DNA from: Actinomycetes bacterium
GTDB taxonomy: Bacteria; Actinomycetota; Acidimicrobiia; Acidimicrobiales; JABEUL01
Assembly: GCA_021852345.1 (NCBI GenBank)
Contig: JAJZNL010000012.1
Location: forward strand, 286 to 64,285
Length of the DNA: 64,000 bases
Direction of reading: 5' to 3'
How positions within the stretch are numbered: the first letter of the stretch is position 1; each line of letters opens with the position of its first letter. The position numbers and the translations under genes were made by a program. The notes below the pieces were generated by a model that made no database searches, was not told the origin of the DNA, and worked only from the letters and a program-made list of their open reading frames with translations. Below, one piece after another: positions 1 to 10,681 of the stretch.

Positions 1-1476
1 TGCCCTAAAAGCTTCAACATTAAAGCTTTTAGCAATTGAAACAAAATCAATACTGGGATTTGAAATGTCAAGCATCGATGACGCGACTTTACCCCCGTGA
101 GTCGCCCCAACTCTGGACAGCTCCATTTCCAGTATGGCATATCTCTGATTATCCAAAATGACCGTAATAACGTCGAGGTTTTCTCTGGCTTGAGTCCATA
201 GAGACTGGATGGTGTACATGGCGGATCCGTCGGCTTGAATATTTATGATTTTTTGATTCGGTGCCGCAATGGCGGCACCAGTTGCCAATGGCATTCCTTG
301 ACCTATGGAACCACCAGTTAAGCACATCCATTTGTGAAAAGCGGAATTATCCGTGGCCTTTGAAAGATGAATTCCTGCGGTATTGGATTCGTCTGATACA
401 ATTGCATTTTCAGGTAGAAGGTCACCGATAATGAGGGCTAGCTTTTGCGAATTTAGATCGCCGGTCAAACCCGAGGTATCTTCCGGTTTTTTATCGCTCG
501 CAGTCGCAGATTCTAAATTACTGGTTACGTTTAGTCTGTCTGCAAGGAATTCCAGAGTTGCGATTGAATCTACGGTGTGATCGCTAAGTTCAATGACTTC
601 ACAATTAGTTGGAATTAAACTGCTGGGTACATTTGGATAGGCGAAAAAGGAGACCGGAGATTTGGCTTCAACCAATATCAAATGTTCAATGCCCGCTAAC
701 TGCATTTGAGAAAATTCGGCTAGGTAGCTCAGGCGATCTATGGGCAGTACCCCGTGTCCGCGTTCGATTACGGGGGGAAAAGTTTCTGCAAACAATTTAA
801 CCGATGTACCTTCGCAGATTTTAGTCGCTAAAAGTATGCCGTCTTTGGTAAGTGCATTGTTGCCAAGTAACATAGCGGTCGATTTTCCGCTTGCAATTAT
901 CTTGGCAACTTCGTCTATAATATTTGCATCTTGCGGTGTCTTGGGTGTGAAGTTTTGAGCGGTCGTAGACATTGCACCTTCAGTCCAGGCAAGGTCTGCC
1001 GGTAAAACTACAGTGGCAACGCCGCGCGGGTAAGTCATTGAAGCTGTAATGCCAGAAGCAACGTCGATGCAAAGATCATCGACACTTTCAGAAGATTTAA
1101 AAAATTTAGAAACCGGTAAAGCCAGTCCGCGAACGTCAGATTCTAACGGGGCATCAAAACCATGATGGTATGTGGCATGGTCTCCGACGATATTTACCAC
1201 GGCGCTGAATGCTCGTCTGGCATTATGCAGATTGGCAATTCCATTGCCCAAACCAGGTCCTAGATGCAATAGTGTGGCAGCGGGTTTCTTGGCTATTCGG
1301 TAGTAACCGTCAGCAGCTCCAGTAGCTACGCCTTCAAATAGGCACAACACGCTTTTGATGTTAGGAGCAGAATCTAACGAAGCGACGAAGTGCATTTCAG
1401 AGGTGCCGGGGTTCATAAAGCATGTGTCGATTCCCGAACCCAACAACGTTTCGATTAAAGCTAGCGCACCGTTCAT
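1..1476 (-). CDS. Acetolactate synthase large subunit-like TPP-dependent enzyme (runs off left edge; missing from ORF track)
   Basis: Manual translation from ATG at 1476: MNGALALIETLLGSGIDTCFMNPGTSEMHFVASLD...LCLFEGVATGAADGYYRIAKKPAATLLHLGPGLGNGIANLHNARRA, a typical TPP-enzyme N-terminal domain; SD AAGGAG just upstream. Confidence 0.88.
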   Translation of the reverse strand, partial: MNGALALIETLLGSGIDTCFMNPGTSEMHFVASLDSAPNIKSVLCLFEGVATGAADGYYRIAKKPAATLLHLGPGLGNGIANLHNARRAFSAVVNIVGDHATYHHGFDAPLESDVRGLALPVSKFFKSSESVDDLCIDVASGITASMTYPRGVATVVLPADLAWTEGAMSTTAQNFTPKTPQDANIIDEVAKIIASGKSTAMLLGNNALTKDGILLATKICEGTSVKLFAETFPPVIERGHGVLPIDRLSYLAEFSQMQLAGIEHLILVEAKSPVSFFAYPNVPSSLIPTNCEVIELSDHTVDSIATLEFLADRLNVTSNLESATASDKKPEDTSGLTGDLNSQKLALIIGDLLPENAIVSDESNTAGIHLSKATDNSAFHKWMCLTGGSIGQGMPLATGAAIAAPNQKIINIQADGSAMYTIQSLWTQARENLDVITVILDNQRYAILEMELSRVGATHGGKVASSMLDISNPSIDFVSIAKSFNVEAFRA

Positions 1477-1541
1477 GCAATTCTCCTTGATTTAAACTAT
1501 CCAGTTACCGAATCAATTTTATACAAACATCCCGATATAAA

Positions 1542-2924
1542 TCAAAGTTCCGGAATTAAATGACCCGGATTGAATAAATTAGAAGGATCCAAGGTAACTT
1601 TGATTTGTTTTTGAATTCGTAACTTTACTTCGTTTTCTAATTTTGCAAAATAAGGCAATTTTTCTGTGCCGATACCGTGTTCACCGGAAATAGCTCCTCC
1701 CAAATCGGTACCTGCCTTTAAGATTTGAAACATAACTTCGTGAAGTTTTGAAGGTTCGTTTTGGAATACTGATAGGTGTACGTTCCCGTCGCCCACATGC
1801 CCACAGCCAGCGATTAGCGATTCTGAGTTTTGTGCGATCTCAGCAACTGTGTTTAAGTATGACGCCATCTTTGATCGCGGGACCACTACATCGACTATGT
1901 CATTGGCATTTAGCGCTTTAGCTACCCAAAATGCTTTCTCTCTTGCGTCCACGATGGCCGTGCCCGATGATGCTGGCAGAGAATATATATCCAAAGCCTC
2001 AGAAGACTCTAAAATCTCTCCTATAACTGCAAGGTCTTCGTCGAGGCGCTTTGGGTCGCTACCTTCCAAAACAATAAGCAGGTACGCCTGGGCTTGCGAT
2101 TTTACCGCTTCGGGTATCCCCAAATCAATTCCCGCAGATCTTGTGGTGGCATCTATTGCAAGAAAGTCCAGGTATTCTAGGATGGAAGGCATGACCCCAG
2201 TGTTAACTATCTTGGGAATTGCTTCGGTTAAGTTTTGAAGAGTTGAAAACGGCGAAAGCACGGTCACCGAGTTTGAATATTTAACGGAGAGTTTTAGAGT
2301 TAGCTGACTTATCAGCCCCAGAGTCCCCTCGGATCCGATAAATAGCTGAGTTAAGTCATAGCCGGTCGATGACTTAACAAATTTACCTCCCGTTGTCAAC
2401 TTATCTCCGTTTTCTAAAATAACGTGAAGGCCGAGTATGTGGTGACGTGTTACGCCGTATCTAATTGCCTTCATGCCGCCAGCATTTGTGGCGGCATTTC
2501 CGCCGATTGTTGCACTGGATTCACCAGGCTGGACCGGATAGATAAGAGAATGTCCCAACAGCTCCTCATTTAGTTGCATAAGGGTTACTCCAGGTTCAAT
2601 AACTGCAACGTGATTTTCCAAATCGATTTCTAAAATCTTATTCATTTTGGCAAAACTCACTATAATAGAGTTTTCTGAAGCATTGCAAGCACCGCTCATG
2701 CCTGATCCAGATCCCCTAGGTATCAATGCTAAGTTGTGTATCTTTGCAAGCCGAACCAGGTCAATAAGCTGACTCTCTGCCGTGGGATAAACCACAGCGA
2801 CCGGCTTGTTGTAATCGGCGGTCAAGGACTCATCATGTGTTAATTCCGGAGCGATCTCTTCGGTTAGCACATTATTGATTCCAAAGATGTCAGTTAATGC
2901 TTCTGCTATTGATGTTTTTATCAT
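1542..2924 (-). CDS. FAD-linked oxidase, GlcD/D-lactate dehydrogenase family
   Basis: PRGSGSG, ATIGGNAATNAGG, GSEGTLG, GHVGDGNVH and ISGEHGIG motifs. Confidence 0.88.
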   Translation of the reverse strand: MIKTSIAEALTDIFGINNVLTEEIAPELTHDESLTADYNKPVAVVYPTAESQLIDLVRLAKIHNLALIPRGSGSGMSGACNASENSIIVSFAKMNKILEIDLENHVAVIEPGVTLMQLNEELLGHSLIYPVQPGESSATIGGNAATNAGGMKAIRYGVTRHHILGLHVILENGDKLTTGGKFVKSSTGYDLTQLFIGSEGTLGLISQLTLKLSVKYSNSVTVLSPFSTLQNLTEAIPKIVNTGVMPSILEYLDFLAIDATTRSAGIDLGIPEAVKSQAQAYLLIVLEGSDPKRLDEDLAVIGEILESSEALDIYSLPASSGTAIVDAREKAFWVAKALNANDIVDVVVPRSKMASYLNTVAEIAQNSESLIAGCGHVGDGNVHLSVFQNEPSKLHEVMFQILKAGTDLGGAISGEHGIGTEKLPYFAKLENEVKLRIQKQIKVTLDPSNLFNPGHLIPEL

Positions 2925-3074
2925 CTTAAAATCCTTAAAGTTTTAAATAGTTCGTTACGGTTTTTTGTTTACTTCGCTAAATTGGCGTGATATCTACATT
3001 GTAGCTGAATAACGGCTGCATGATTAGTTAAAAAAATTGATGTAGGTTGTAAAATTAACTAATATAACCGGCTT

Positions 3075-3104
3075 GGGAATCTTTAAGGTTGACGGGAATC
3101 TTTA
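3075..3104. repeat. Short direct repeat gggaatcttta x2 (19-bp period)
   Basis: Copies at 3075-3085 and 3094-3104. Confidence 0.6.
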
Positions 3105-3555
3105 TATCTGCGTCAAAACCTATTTTTCGCTAAAGAGATAGTACTTGCGTCAAGCTGTCGGCCAATTGGTTCAAAGTTACACGGGAAACGGATTTGCAAA
3201 GTGTCGTTAACGGAGTTGTCAAGTTGTAGATATGGTGAATAAACGTGACGAAAGCTGGTGTTCGTTAAAATCATAAACTATACAGTTTTGTCTGGCTACT
3301 TCGCGTTGCTATATATGTGAGGACGTCAATAACTTCAAGTTGGAAAGTCGCAAATTTTATTTGGTTCAATCGGGATAATTAGTAGGGCTAATTTACAATT
3401 TCGTCGGACCAAAATTTTGCTAAGGCGCAATACCGAGGTCTAATCTCATGGTCGAGATTTATGTTATGTGACTAAAGCGTCATGATAAAATGTTTTAAGT
3501 ATTCGGTAGCGTATTTTGGGTGGAACTATATGATCTGTTTGATGTGAAATTATCT

Positions 3556-4545
3556 TCAGTCAAATTTGATAGAAGAAAATTCCTTAAGCTTTCCCAAAGA
3601 ATGCGTTGCCATGATGTATCTCATGGTGCCAGATTTCGACCTCATCACCAATGAGTGAGTCATAGCACCATTCGGTGAAAAATTGACTCCTTTAAGCAAA
3701 TCGCCGTCGGTTATGCCCGTAGCCGCAAAAAAACAGTTATTACCTTTAACCAAATCGTCAGTGGTAAGAACCTGATCTAAGTTATAGCCTTCGTCTAGCG
3801 CAGCTCGTTTTTCGTCTTCGTTTCTGGGCCAAAGTTTAGCTTGAATTTCTCCGTCGATGCATTTGAGTGCCGCTCCAGCGATCACGCCTTCGGGCGTTCC
3901 TCCTATTCCCAGCAATATGTCGATACCGCTTTCTGGAAGAGCAGCCTCAATAGCTGCTGCAACGTCTCCGTCAGATATTAGGCTGATTCTGGCGCCTGTA
4001 TTCCTAACTTCGGAAATTATGTTCTGATGTCTGGGTCTGTCTAGTATTACTGCCGTAACGTCCCTGACTGGAACTCCCTTTGCCTTGGCAACCTGTTCGA
4101 TGTTGTAAGCGATGGGGGCATTAATATCTATTTTCCCGGCGGCGGACTTGCATACCGCAATTTTTTCCATATATACACACGGGCCCGGATTAAACATTGT
4201 ACCTCGTTCGGAGACAGCGATGACCGACAAGGCTCCTCCTCTTCCCAACGAAGTTAAAGTTGTTCCATCTATTGGATCAACGGCGATATCGGTTTCCGGT
4301 TGTTCGCCGTTTCCTATAGATTCCCCATTAAACAGCATCGGGGCGGCATCTTTTTCACCTTCTCCAATAACTACGATTCCGTCCATCGAAACCGATGACA
4401 ATACTACTCGCATGGCGTTTACTGCAGCGCCGTCAGCACCATTTTTGTCTCCGCGCCCCATCCAACGACTTGCCGCCAAGGCGGCCGCCTCGGTAACGCG
4501 TACCAATTCAAGTGCTAAATTTCTATCAGGTTGTTGATTTATCAC
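3556..4545 (-). CDS. glpX: Class II fructose-1,6-bisphosphatase
   Basis: [49 protein letters not shown]. Confidence 0.95.
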   Translation of the reverse strand: MINQQPDRNLALELVRVTEAAALAASRWMGRGDKNGADGAAVNAMRVVLSSVSMDGIVVIGEGEKDAAPMLFNGESIGNGEQPETDIAVDPIDGTTLTSLGRGGALSVIAVSERGTMFNPGPCVYMEKIAVCKSAAGKIDINAPIAYNIEQVAKAKGVPVRDVTAVILDRPRHQNIISEVRNTGARISLISDGDVAAAIEAALPESGIDILLGIGGTPEGVIAGAALKCIDGEIQAKLWPRNEDEKRAALDEGYNLDQVLTTDDLVKGNNCFFAATGITDGDLLKGVNFSPNGAMTHSLVMRSKSGTMRYIMATHSLGKLKEFSSIKFD

Positions 4546-4577
4546 TAAAGTGAGATTATCAGATTAAGAGAGGCAAT

Positions 4578-5852
4578 GTGGAAATTTTTGAAATAAATGA
4601 ATCTTTTGACTTAAAAGGCCAGGTCGATATTCAGGGTGCCAAAAATTCTGTTTTGAAGTTGATGGCGGCTACTTTGTTGTGCCCAGGTACACATAGGATA
4701 GCAAATTGCCCCAATATTACCGATGTTTTGGATATGCTCAAAATTCTTAAGCAATTGGGGATCAAGGGAAATTTTAATCGTAAAAGTAAAGTTTTAGAGG
4801 TCAGCGTACCCGAACAAATTAATTTTGAGTTTGATTCAAAATTAATAGAAAAAATGCGAGCCTCCATAACTTTGTTGGGCCCGCTATTGGCACACAAATC
4901 TGAATTCGATCTTCCGTTTCCCGGAGGAGATGATTTTGGCGAACGTCCGATAGATATTCATTTAAGGGGATTAAATGAACTTAATGCACCAGTCGTTCTT
5001 GAAAAAGGGACCATAAGCTATGTCCCCGATAAGAAAGGTTTGATCGGCAAGAGGATCGTTCTGGAGTATCCTTCACATACGGCCACCGACAACCTAATAA
5101 TGGCATCGGTATTGGCAAAAGGCGAGACGATAATTGAAAATGCGGCAAGAGAACCAGAGGTAGTGGACCTATGCCAATTTTTGATTTCTCTTGGTGCGAA
5201 CATCGAAGGGCTTGGAACTTCGCGACTCTTAGTCCGAGGGGTTGAGTCTTTGACCCCTTCTAACAAAGAACATTTCGTAATAGGAGACCGAGTTGAAGCG
5301 GCAACCTATATGTGCGCCGTCGGGGCTTGCGGTGGCAATGTCTATCTTCATGGAATTCAATATACGTATTTGGACAATTTAATTTATAAATTAAAATCAT
5401 CAGGGCTTGAAATTATTCCAACCGGTGATGGTTTATTGGTTTCTATGAAACATCGACCCAAGGCGGTTAATCTATCCACCTTGCCGTATCCAGGTATAGC
5501 CACTGACTACAAACCTACTCTTGTCGCAATGTTATCAGTGGCACAAGGCACATCCATGGTGAGTGAAAATATCTTCATCGGAAGATTCAGATATATTGAA
5601 GAGTTGTTAAAAATGGGTGCTGAAATTATGACCGACGGACATCATCTCGGAATTACGGGTAAGTCGAGATTAAAAGCGGCAACAGTCGTAGCATACGACA
5701 TTAGAGCTGGGGCTTGTTTAATAATTGCCGGCATGTCTGCCAAAGGAACTACACGCATTGAAAAGGTAGATCATATTTTGCGCGGTTATGAAAATATTGG
5801 TGAAAAATTTAGCTCAATAGGGGGCGACATTCGTTTTGTTAGGTCTTCATAA
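4578..5852 (+). CDS. murA: UDP-N-acetylglucosamine 1-carboxyvinyltransferase
   Basis: GAKNS, MRASI, PGGDDFGERPID (Asp in place of the fosfomycin-reactive Cys, as in mycobacteria), NAAREPE, DIRAGA. Confidence 0.93.
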   Translation: MEIFEINESFDLKGQVDIQGAKNSVLKLMAATLLCPGTHRIANCPNITDVLDMLKILKQLGIKGNFNRKSKVLEVSVPEQINFEFDSKLIEKMRASITLLGPLLAHKSEFDLPFPGGDDFGERPIDIHLRGLNELNAPVVLEKGTISYVPDKKGLIGKRIVLEYPSHTATDNLIMASVLAKGETIIENAAREPEVVDLCQFLISLGANIEGLGTSRLLVRGVESLTPSNKEHFVIGDRVEAATYMCAVGACGGNVYLHGIQYTYLDNLIYKLKSSGLEIIPTGDGLLVSMKHRPKAVNLSTLPYPGIATDYKPTLVAMLSVAQGTSMVSENIFIGRFRYIEELLKMGAEIMTDGHHLGITGKSRLKAATVVAYDIRAGACLIIAGMSAKGTTRIEKVDHILRGYENIGEKFSSIGGDIRFVRSS

Positions 5853-6141
5853 TATGCCCGATTGGTCGTGTTCTTAGTCTTTTAGTCTTTCTAAAAATTA
5901 TGGCCGCCGCGGGTTAATGTAAAATATTGTAAGCAATTTTTTAACAAAATTGTTGAGTTAAATTATTTGTCTAAGCAATATGTTTTGGGACATAGTCGAT
6001 GTATTCGGTGCGCTAATATATAAATTCGCGGTGAAATTTAGCGGTAAAACAGATTAATAAGAATGCCAGCGCTATACCATTTAGCGTCGTTGATGGTAGT
6101 AGTTGATATCGCTATTGCAATTAAATTTGGCAACTCACTTT

Positions 6142-6171
6142 CAAATTGCTTTAAACCAAATTGCTTTAAAC
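6142..6171. repeat. Tandem duplication caaattgctttaaac x2
   Basis: Exact 15-bp copies at 6142-6156 and 6157-6171. Confidence 0.8.
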
Positions 6172-6293
6172 GATTGTAACGACAAAAGAATCGGTAATAT
6201 AAGATATATTTTTTTAACGATTGGGTTGAAAATTTAGGTACGGTACGTGAATAATTATTCATGTACCGCAAAGGACATTAAAGGATTTAGGTA

Positions 6294-7256
6294 GTGGCCG
6301 AAAGCAGATTTAACGCAGACGAACTTTTTATGAAGGCCAAAGCCGGTGATCGAAGATCACTGGGTCGACTTGTAACGATGATTGAGTCAGGGTATTTTAA
6401 AACCGCCGAAGCCAATAAAGCAATATTAAAATTTGACTCAAACACAATTTTGGTCGGTATTACGGGATCACCGGGAGCCGGAAAATCTACGTTAACGTCA
6501 CAACTTATCGGATCGATTCGTAAAAGTGATAAAACCGTTGCAGTAATAGCAATAGATCCTTCCTCTCCTTTCACTGGAGGTGCGATATTGGGAGACAGGA
6601 TACGCATGGGTGAGCACGCTATGGATTCTGGTGTCTACATTAGGTCTTTAGCCACACGGGGTCAGCTGGGAGGGCTGTCTGCAGCGGTTCCTGAAGTGGT
6701 AAAGCTAATGAGCTCGTTGGGGTTTGATTTTATAGTGGTTGAAACCGTGGGAGTCGGTCAGGTTGAAGTTGAGATAGTCGGTCAAGCTGACACAACCGTG
6801 GTTGTCGTTAACCCTGGCTGGGGAGATTCTGTACAGGCAAACAAAGCTGGATTAATGGAGATCGCCGACATTTTTGTGATCAACAAAGCCGATCGACCTG
6901 GAGCTCAGGAAACTGCTCGTGATCTAAAGTCAATGTTGGAGCTGTCTCAGTCAATGGCGTGGTTACCTCCGATTTGTCAGACTATAGGAACAGACGGTAC
7001 GGGAGTGCAGGATTTGCTGGACGAAATCCTCCGCCACCGTCAATATCTAGTCGATTCGGGTATTCTAAATCAAAAGGTTTTCAGTCGAACAAAGAATGAG
7101 CTGTTGTCGTTGGTGAATGAAAACATTTTAAATAGAGCCACCACTTATGTCGATTCGGTCGAAGGTTCGGATTTGATAAAGTCAATCATAGAAGGCAGCG
7201 ATGACATAGCGGGAGCGGCTGAAACGCTGTTTACTATGATAGTTAAGGGCTTGTAA
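6294..7256 (+). CDS. meaB: Methylmalonyl-CoA mutase-associated GTPase MeaB/ArgK
   Basis: GITGSPGAGKST, DPSSPFTGGAILGDRIRM, ETVGVGQ, INKAD. Confidence 0.92.
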   Translation: MAESRFNADELFMKAKAGDRRSLGRLVTMIESGYFKTAEANKAILKFDSNTILVGITGSPGAGKSTLTSQLIGSIRKSDKTVAVIAIDPSSPFTGGAILGDRIRMGEHAMDSGVYIRSLATRGQLGGLSAAVPEVVKLMSSLGFDFIVVETVGVGQVEVEIVGQADTTVVVVNPGWGDSVQANKAGLMEIADIFVINKADRPGAQETARDLKSMLELSQSMAWLPPICQTIGTDGTGVQDLLDEILRHRQYLVDSGILNQKVFSRTKNELLSLVNENILNRATTYVDSVEGSDLIKSIIEGSDDIAGAAETLFTMIVKGL

Positions 7257-7300
7257 GTTAATTTGGGCTAGTTTGTTGTAGGACTCTGAATAAGGAAACC

Positions 7301-9031
7301 GTGTCAAAATCACTTAAAGATGATCCGTTGTGGTATAAAAAGGCAGTATTTTATGAGGTCTTCTCGCGGGGCTTCTACGACAGCAATAATGACGGTTTTG
7401 GTGATTTGAACGGCGTGACCGCAAAGCTGGACTATTTGGCTTGGCTGGGGATTGATTGCATTTGGTTATTGCCTTTTTATGGTTCTCCCATGAAAGATGG
7501 TGGGTATGACATTGCTGATTTTGAAAATGTAGACCCTTCGTATGGTACCGAAGGAGATCTGATCGATCTTATCGATAAGGCACATTCGTTAGGAATCAGA
7601 GTCATATCAGATTTGGTCATGAACCATTCGAGTGATCAGCACCCCTGGTTTTTGGAATCTCGATCTTCAAAGGACAACCCCAAAGCTGACTGGTATATTT
7701 GGAGAGACGATGATTCAATGTACAAAGGTGCTCGAATAATCTTTACAGATGCCGAGAATTCCAACTGGGCGTGGGATCACGTTAGGCAGCAATATTACTG
7801 GCATCGTTTTTATTCCCATCAGCCTGATTTGAACTATGACAATCAGGAGGTAAAAGATGCGATGCTTGCCGCCGTTAAGAAATGGCTCGATCTCGGTCTG
7901 GACGGTTTTAGATTGGATGCGGTACCTTACTTGTTTCAGGAGGAAAATACAAACTGCGAAAATCTACCCGCAACTCATGATTTTTTGAAATTACTACGAA
8001 AAGAGATTGACAGCAGGTATCCCAACAGGGTGTTGTTAGCAGAAATAAATCAGTGGCCAGCAGACTTAGTGGACTATTTTGGTAATGACGACGAATGTCA
8101 CATGTGTTTTCATTTTCCGCTAATGCCCAGAATGTTTATGGCAATAAGACGAGAACAGAGGCTCCCTATTACAGAGATACTGTCGCTGACTCCAGATATA
8201 CCAAACAACAGCCAATGGGGGTTGTTCTTAAGAAATCACGACGAACTTACCTTGGAGCAGGTAAGCGACGAAGAGCGTGACTATATGTTTTCCGAATACG
8301 CTAAAGATTCAAGAATGAAGCGCCATATGGGTATTGCCAGAAGATTGGCTCCATTGGTTGATAACTCTCGATCAATTGCCGAGCTACTATATGCCCTTTT
8401 GTTCTCATTGCCAGGCAGCCCAATTTTGTATTATGGGGATGAAATTATGATGGGAGATAACATATACCTTAAAGATCGTGATTCTGTGAGAACGCCGATG
8501 CAATGGACACCAGACAGAAACGGGGGATTTTCGTTGGCAAACTTTGAACAACTTTATTTGCCGCCGTTGATGGATTCAGTCTATGGGTATCCTGCAGTCA
8601 ATGTGGAGTCTCAGTTTAAAAACCCTGGATCATTTTTGTTGTGGATAAAAAAACTTATTTCAGTCAGAAGTAATTATGAAGTTTTTGGTACGGGCAAAAT
8701 TGAAGTTTTACACGACGACAATCCTTCGGTATTTGCATTTGTCAGATTTTTTGAAAATGAAATGAATCCAGAAACTCAAACCGAAAATGACAGCCGTATT
8801 GAAGTTGGTAGGATGGAAGGTGAAGATCCGGTAAGTGTCAATAAGGTACTATGCGTTTATAATCTTTCAAGATTTCCACAACCCGCAGAACTGGATCTAA
8901 GTAAACATAAGGGAGCAAAATTGGTCGAGCTTAACGGAAGGGTTATTTTCCCTATGGTAACCGACGGTTCGTATAGGCTAACTTTGGGTCCGCACGGATA
9001 TTATTGGTTTGAGATCAGCGACCAGATTTGA
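7301..9031 (+). CDS. treS: Trehalose synthase (maltose alpha-D-glucosyltransferase)
   Basis: WYKKAVFYE, YWHRFYSHQPDLNY, GFRLDAVPYL, FLRNHDELTLE. Confidence 0.95.
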   Translation: MSKSLKDDPLWYKKAVFYEVFSRGFYDSNNDGFGDLNGVTAKLDYLAWLGIDCIWLLPFYGSPMKDGGYDIADFENVDPSYGTEGDLIDLIDKAHSLGIRVISDLVMNHSSDQHPWFLESRSSKDNPKADWYIWRDDDSMYKGARIIFTDAENSNWAWDHVRQQYYWHRFYSHQPDLNYDNQEVKDAMLAAVKKWLDLGLDGFRLDAVPYLFQEENTNCENLPATHDFLKLLRKEIDSRYPNRVLLAEINQWPADLVDYFGNDDECHMCFHFPLMPRMFMAIRREQRLPITEILSLTPDIPNNSQWGLFLRNHDELTLEQVSDEERDYMFSEYAKDSRMKRHMGIARRLAPLVDNSRSIAELLYALLFSLPGSPILYYGDEIMMGDNIYLKDRDSVRTPMQWTPDRNGGFSLANFEQLYLPPLMDSVYGYPAVNVESQFKNPGSFLLWIKKLISVRSNYEVFGTGKIEVLHDDNPSVFAFVRFFENEMNPETQTENDSRIEVGRMEGEDPVSVNKVLCVYNLSRFPQPAELDLSKHKGAKLVELNGRVIFPMVTDGSYRLTLGPHGYYWFEISDQI

Positions 9032-9050
9032 ATGAAATACTATAGGATCC

Positions 9051-10400
9051 ATGACACGGCTTAATTCAAAATCCAAAACAGAATTACTTGAAAATTTTAA
9101 AGGGTGGATTTTTGAACAAATCGGTTCTCATGACGAAATTTCAATTGATTTAACAAGCTTTAAGTCAAAATACTTTCCCGTCCAAAATGACATCCAAATT
9201 GAAATTATATTGATATCTGGAACTATAAACGGGTCTGAAGAGGTTTTTAGAAAGTTTTTAAATTTTAAAGATGATAATAAAAGTTTATTTCAGCTTCGAA
9301 AAGACGATTCAGCGCCTTCGGGTCAAGTAAATTTTTTCTGGCCGTTGGGGGTTATTAAAACTGAAGACATACCAAAAGTTGAATTTGATACGGTAAGTTC
9401 ACAGATATTCACCTCAGAAAATGGGGTATACTCCGTTTTGGATTGTTACGAATCCGACCTGCTTATACGCAAACTATTTGAATCAATAAATTTGACATTT
9501 CAACTTGACGATGAACTTGCCACAAAAGATTTTGTAACCATTAGGAGAGTGACTGATTCGGCCGACCGTTGTCAAATTTATGTCATTGATTCAAAATTTA
9601 GGATCTGTTTTTACAAATATTGTGTCGATTCGCCTAACGCAGGAGTGGATGTTCTTGAAAAGCTTGAAGTTTCCGGTTTTAACCATTTGGCGGCGCCATT
9701 GGCCAGATATATGGTTGGCAGAAACTTGGTTGGATTGGTAATTGAGAATTTCGAGGCGGCCATAACCTTGGAGGCGATGGTAAACGTGTCTTTGAGGGAT
9801 TTGTTTGATTACAGAGGGGATCCTACAAATGCCGGGGCAGATCTTTCTGAAGAGTTCAGAAGGCTAGGTGAAATGCTCGCAAAACTGCATATTTTGTTGG
9901 AACAAAAGTATCATTCGACTCCAGAGACTTCCGAAAATCTCACTGAGGTTTGCGGCCTGATGATCAAGAGAGATGCGTCGAAGGAAGCTAAGTCAGTTAA
10001 GGAAGATCTCAAGACAATCGGATCGTTTGAGGACTTTGGCTTGGCAATACGTATTTATAATTCGCTATATCTGGATATTATTTACAGAACCGACATGGGG
10101 TGGTGCTTGGTTGATTTTGGTCAGGATAATTTCGAAATCAGGGTAACACCGCTTGTTAATATTGCCCAACTTTTGGCACAAGTTAAACGCGTGATAGACG
10201 AGCAAGTGTCGATGCAACTGGAATCAGATACGCAAAAAATTACGATACTTTCAAATGCTTGGCTTAAATTGAATAGCGAAGCTTTAATTGACGGCTATAT
10301 GGAACAAATTGAAGCGCATGATATTGTTCCAAGAGACCGAGAAGTCGTTAACAAAATAGTGACTACCGCATATAGATGTCTTTTGGCTGCAGCTAATTAA
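9051..10400 (+). CDS. Maltokinase (Pep2/Mak)-like protein, highly diverged, probably catalytically degenerate
   Basis: Directly after treS; GFNHLAAPL, RRLGEMLAKLH and a C-terminal kinase-like region, but the HGDLHLGQ loop reads YNSLYLDI. Confidence 0.65.
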   Translation: MTRLNSKSKTELLENFKGWIFEQIGSHDEISIDLTSFKSKYFPVQNDIQIEIILISGTINGSEEVFRKFLNFKDDNKSLFQLRKDDSAPSGQVNFFWPLGVIKTEDIPKVEFDTVSSQIFTSENGVYSVLDCYESDLLIRKLFESINLTFQLDDELATKDFVTIRRVTDSADRCQIYVIDSKFRICFYKYCVDSPNAGVDVLEKLEVSGFNHLAAPLARYMVGRNLVGLVIENFEAAITLEAMVNVSLRDLFDYRGDPTNAGADLSEEFRRLGEMLAKLHILLEQKYHSTPETSENLTEVCGLMIKRDASKEAKSVKEDLKTIGSFEDFGLAIRIYNSLYLDIIYRTDMGWCLVDFGQDNFEIRVTPLVNIAQLLAQVKRVIDEQVSMQLESDTQKITILSNAWLKLNSEALIDGYMEQIEAHDIVPRDREVVNKIVTTAYRCLLAAAN

Positions 10401-10681
10401 GTTTCCGATTTCGTGTAACTTTTGCAGGCCAAAGAGAAAAAGGATGGAATATTAAAATTATTACTATCATCGGGGTTGCTCTTTAAAAAAATTTCAATCA
10501 GAACATAATTTGAGCCAAAATATCTTTGTCAAATTTTAATTTTCGCCGCTCAAGCTATTCATTTAAGCTGGAAATAAAACCGAGTGTAGGCCATTAGCTT
10601 TAGTTTCCGCTACGTCGACATGAGGCGCGGTACTGTATTCTGCATCTGATATTTGATTACCAACGCGTCAAATGGTTGAAG

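Noticed and set aside
149-958. Short ORFs listed at 149-331, 383-580, 609-800 and 740-958
   Set aside because: They overlap the long minus-strand TPP-enzyme gene (1-1476) in other frames or on the antisense strand
4578-5852. MurA Cys-to-Asp change as a novel fosfomycin-resistance trait
   Set aside because: Well-known intrinsic feature of many actinobacterial MurA enzymes
6038-6271. 77-aa intergenic ORF
   Set aside because: AT-rich, contains a tandem duplication, no recognisable motif; likely spurious
6294-7256. meaB without an adjacent mutase
   Set aside because: meaB is often unlinked; the mutase is probably elsewhere in the genome
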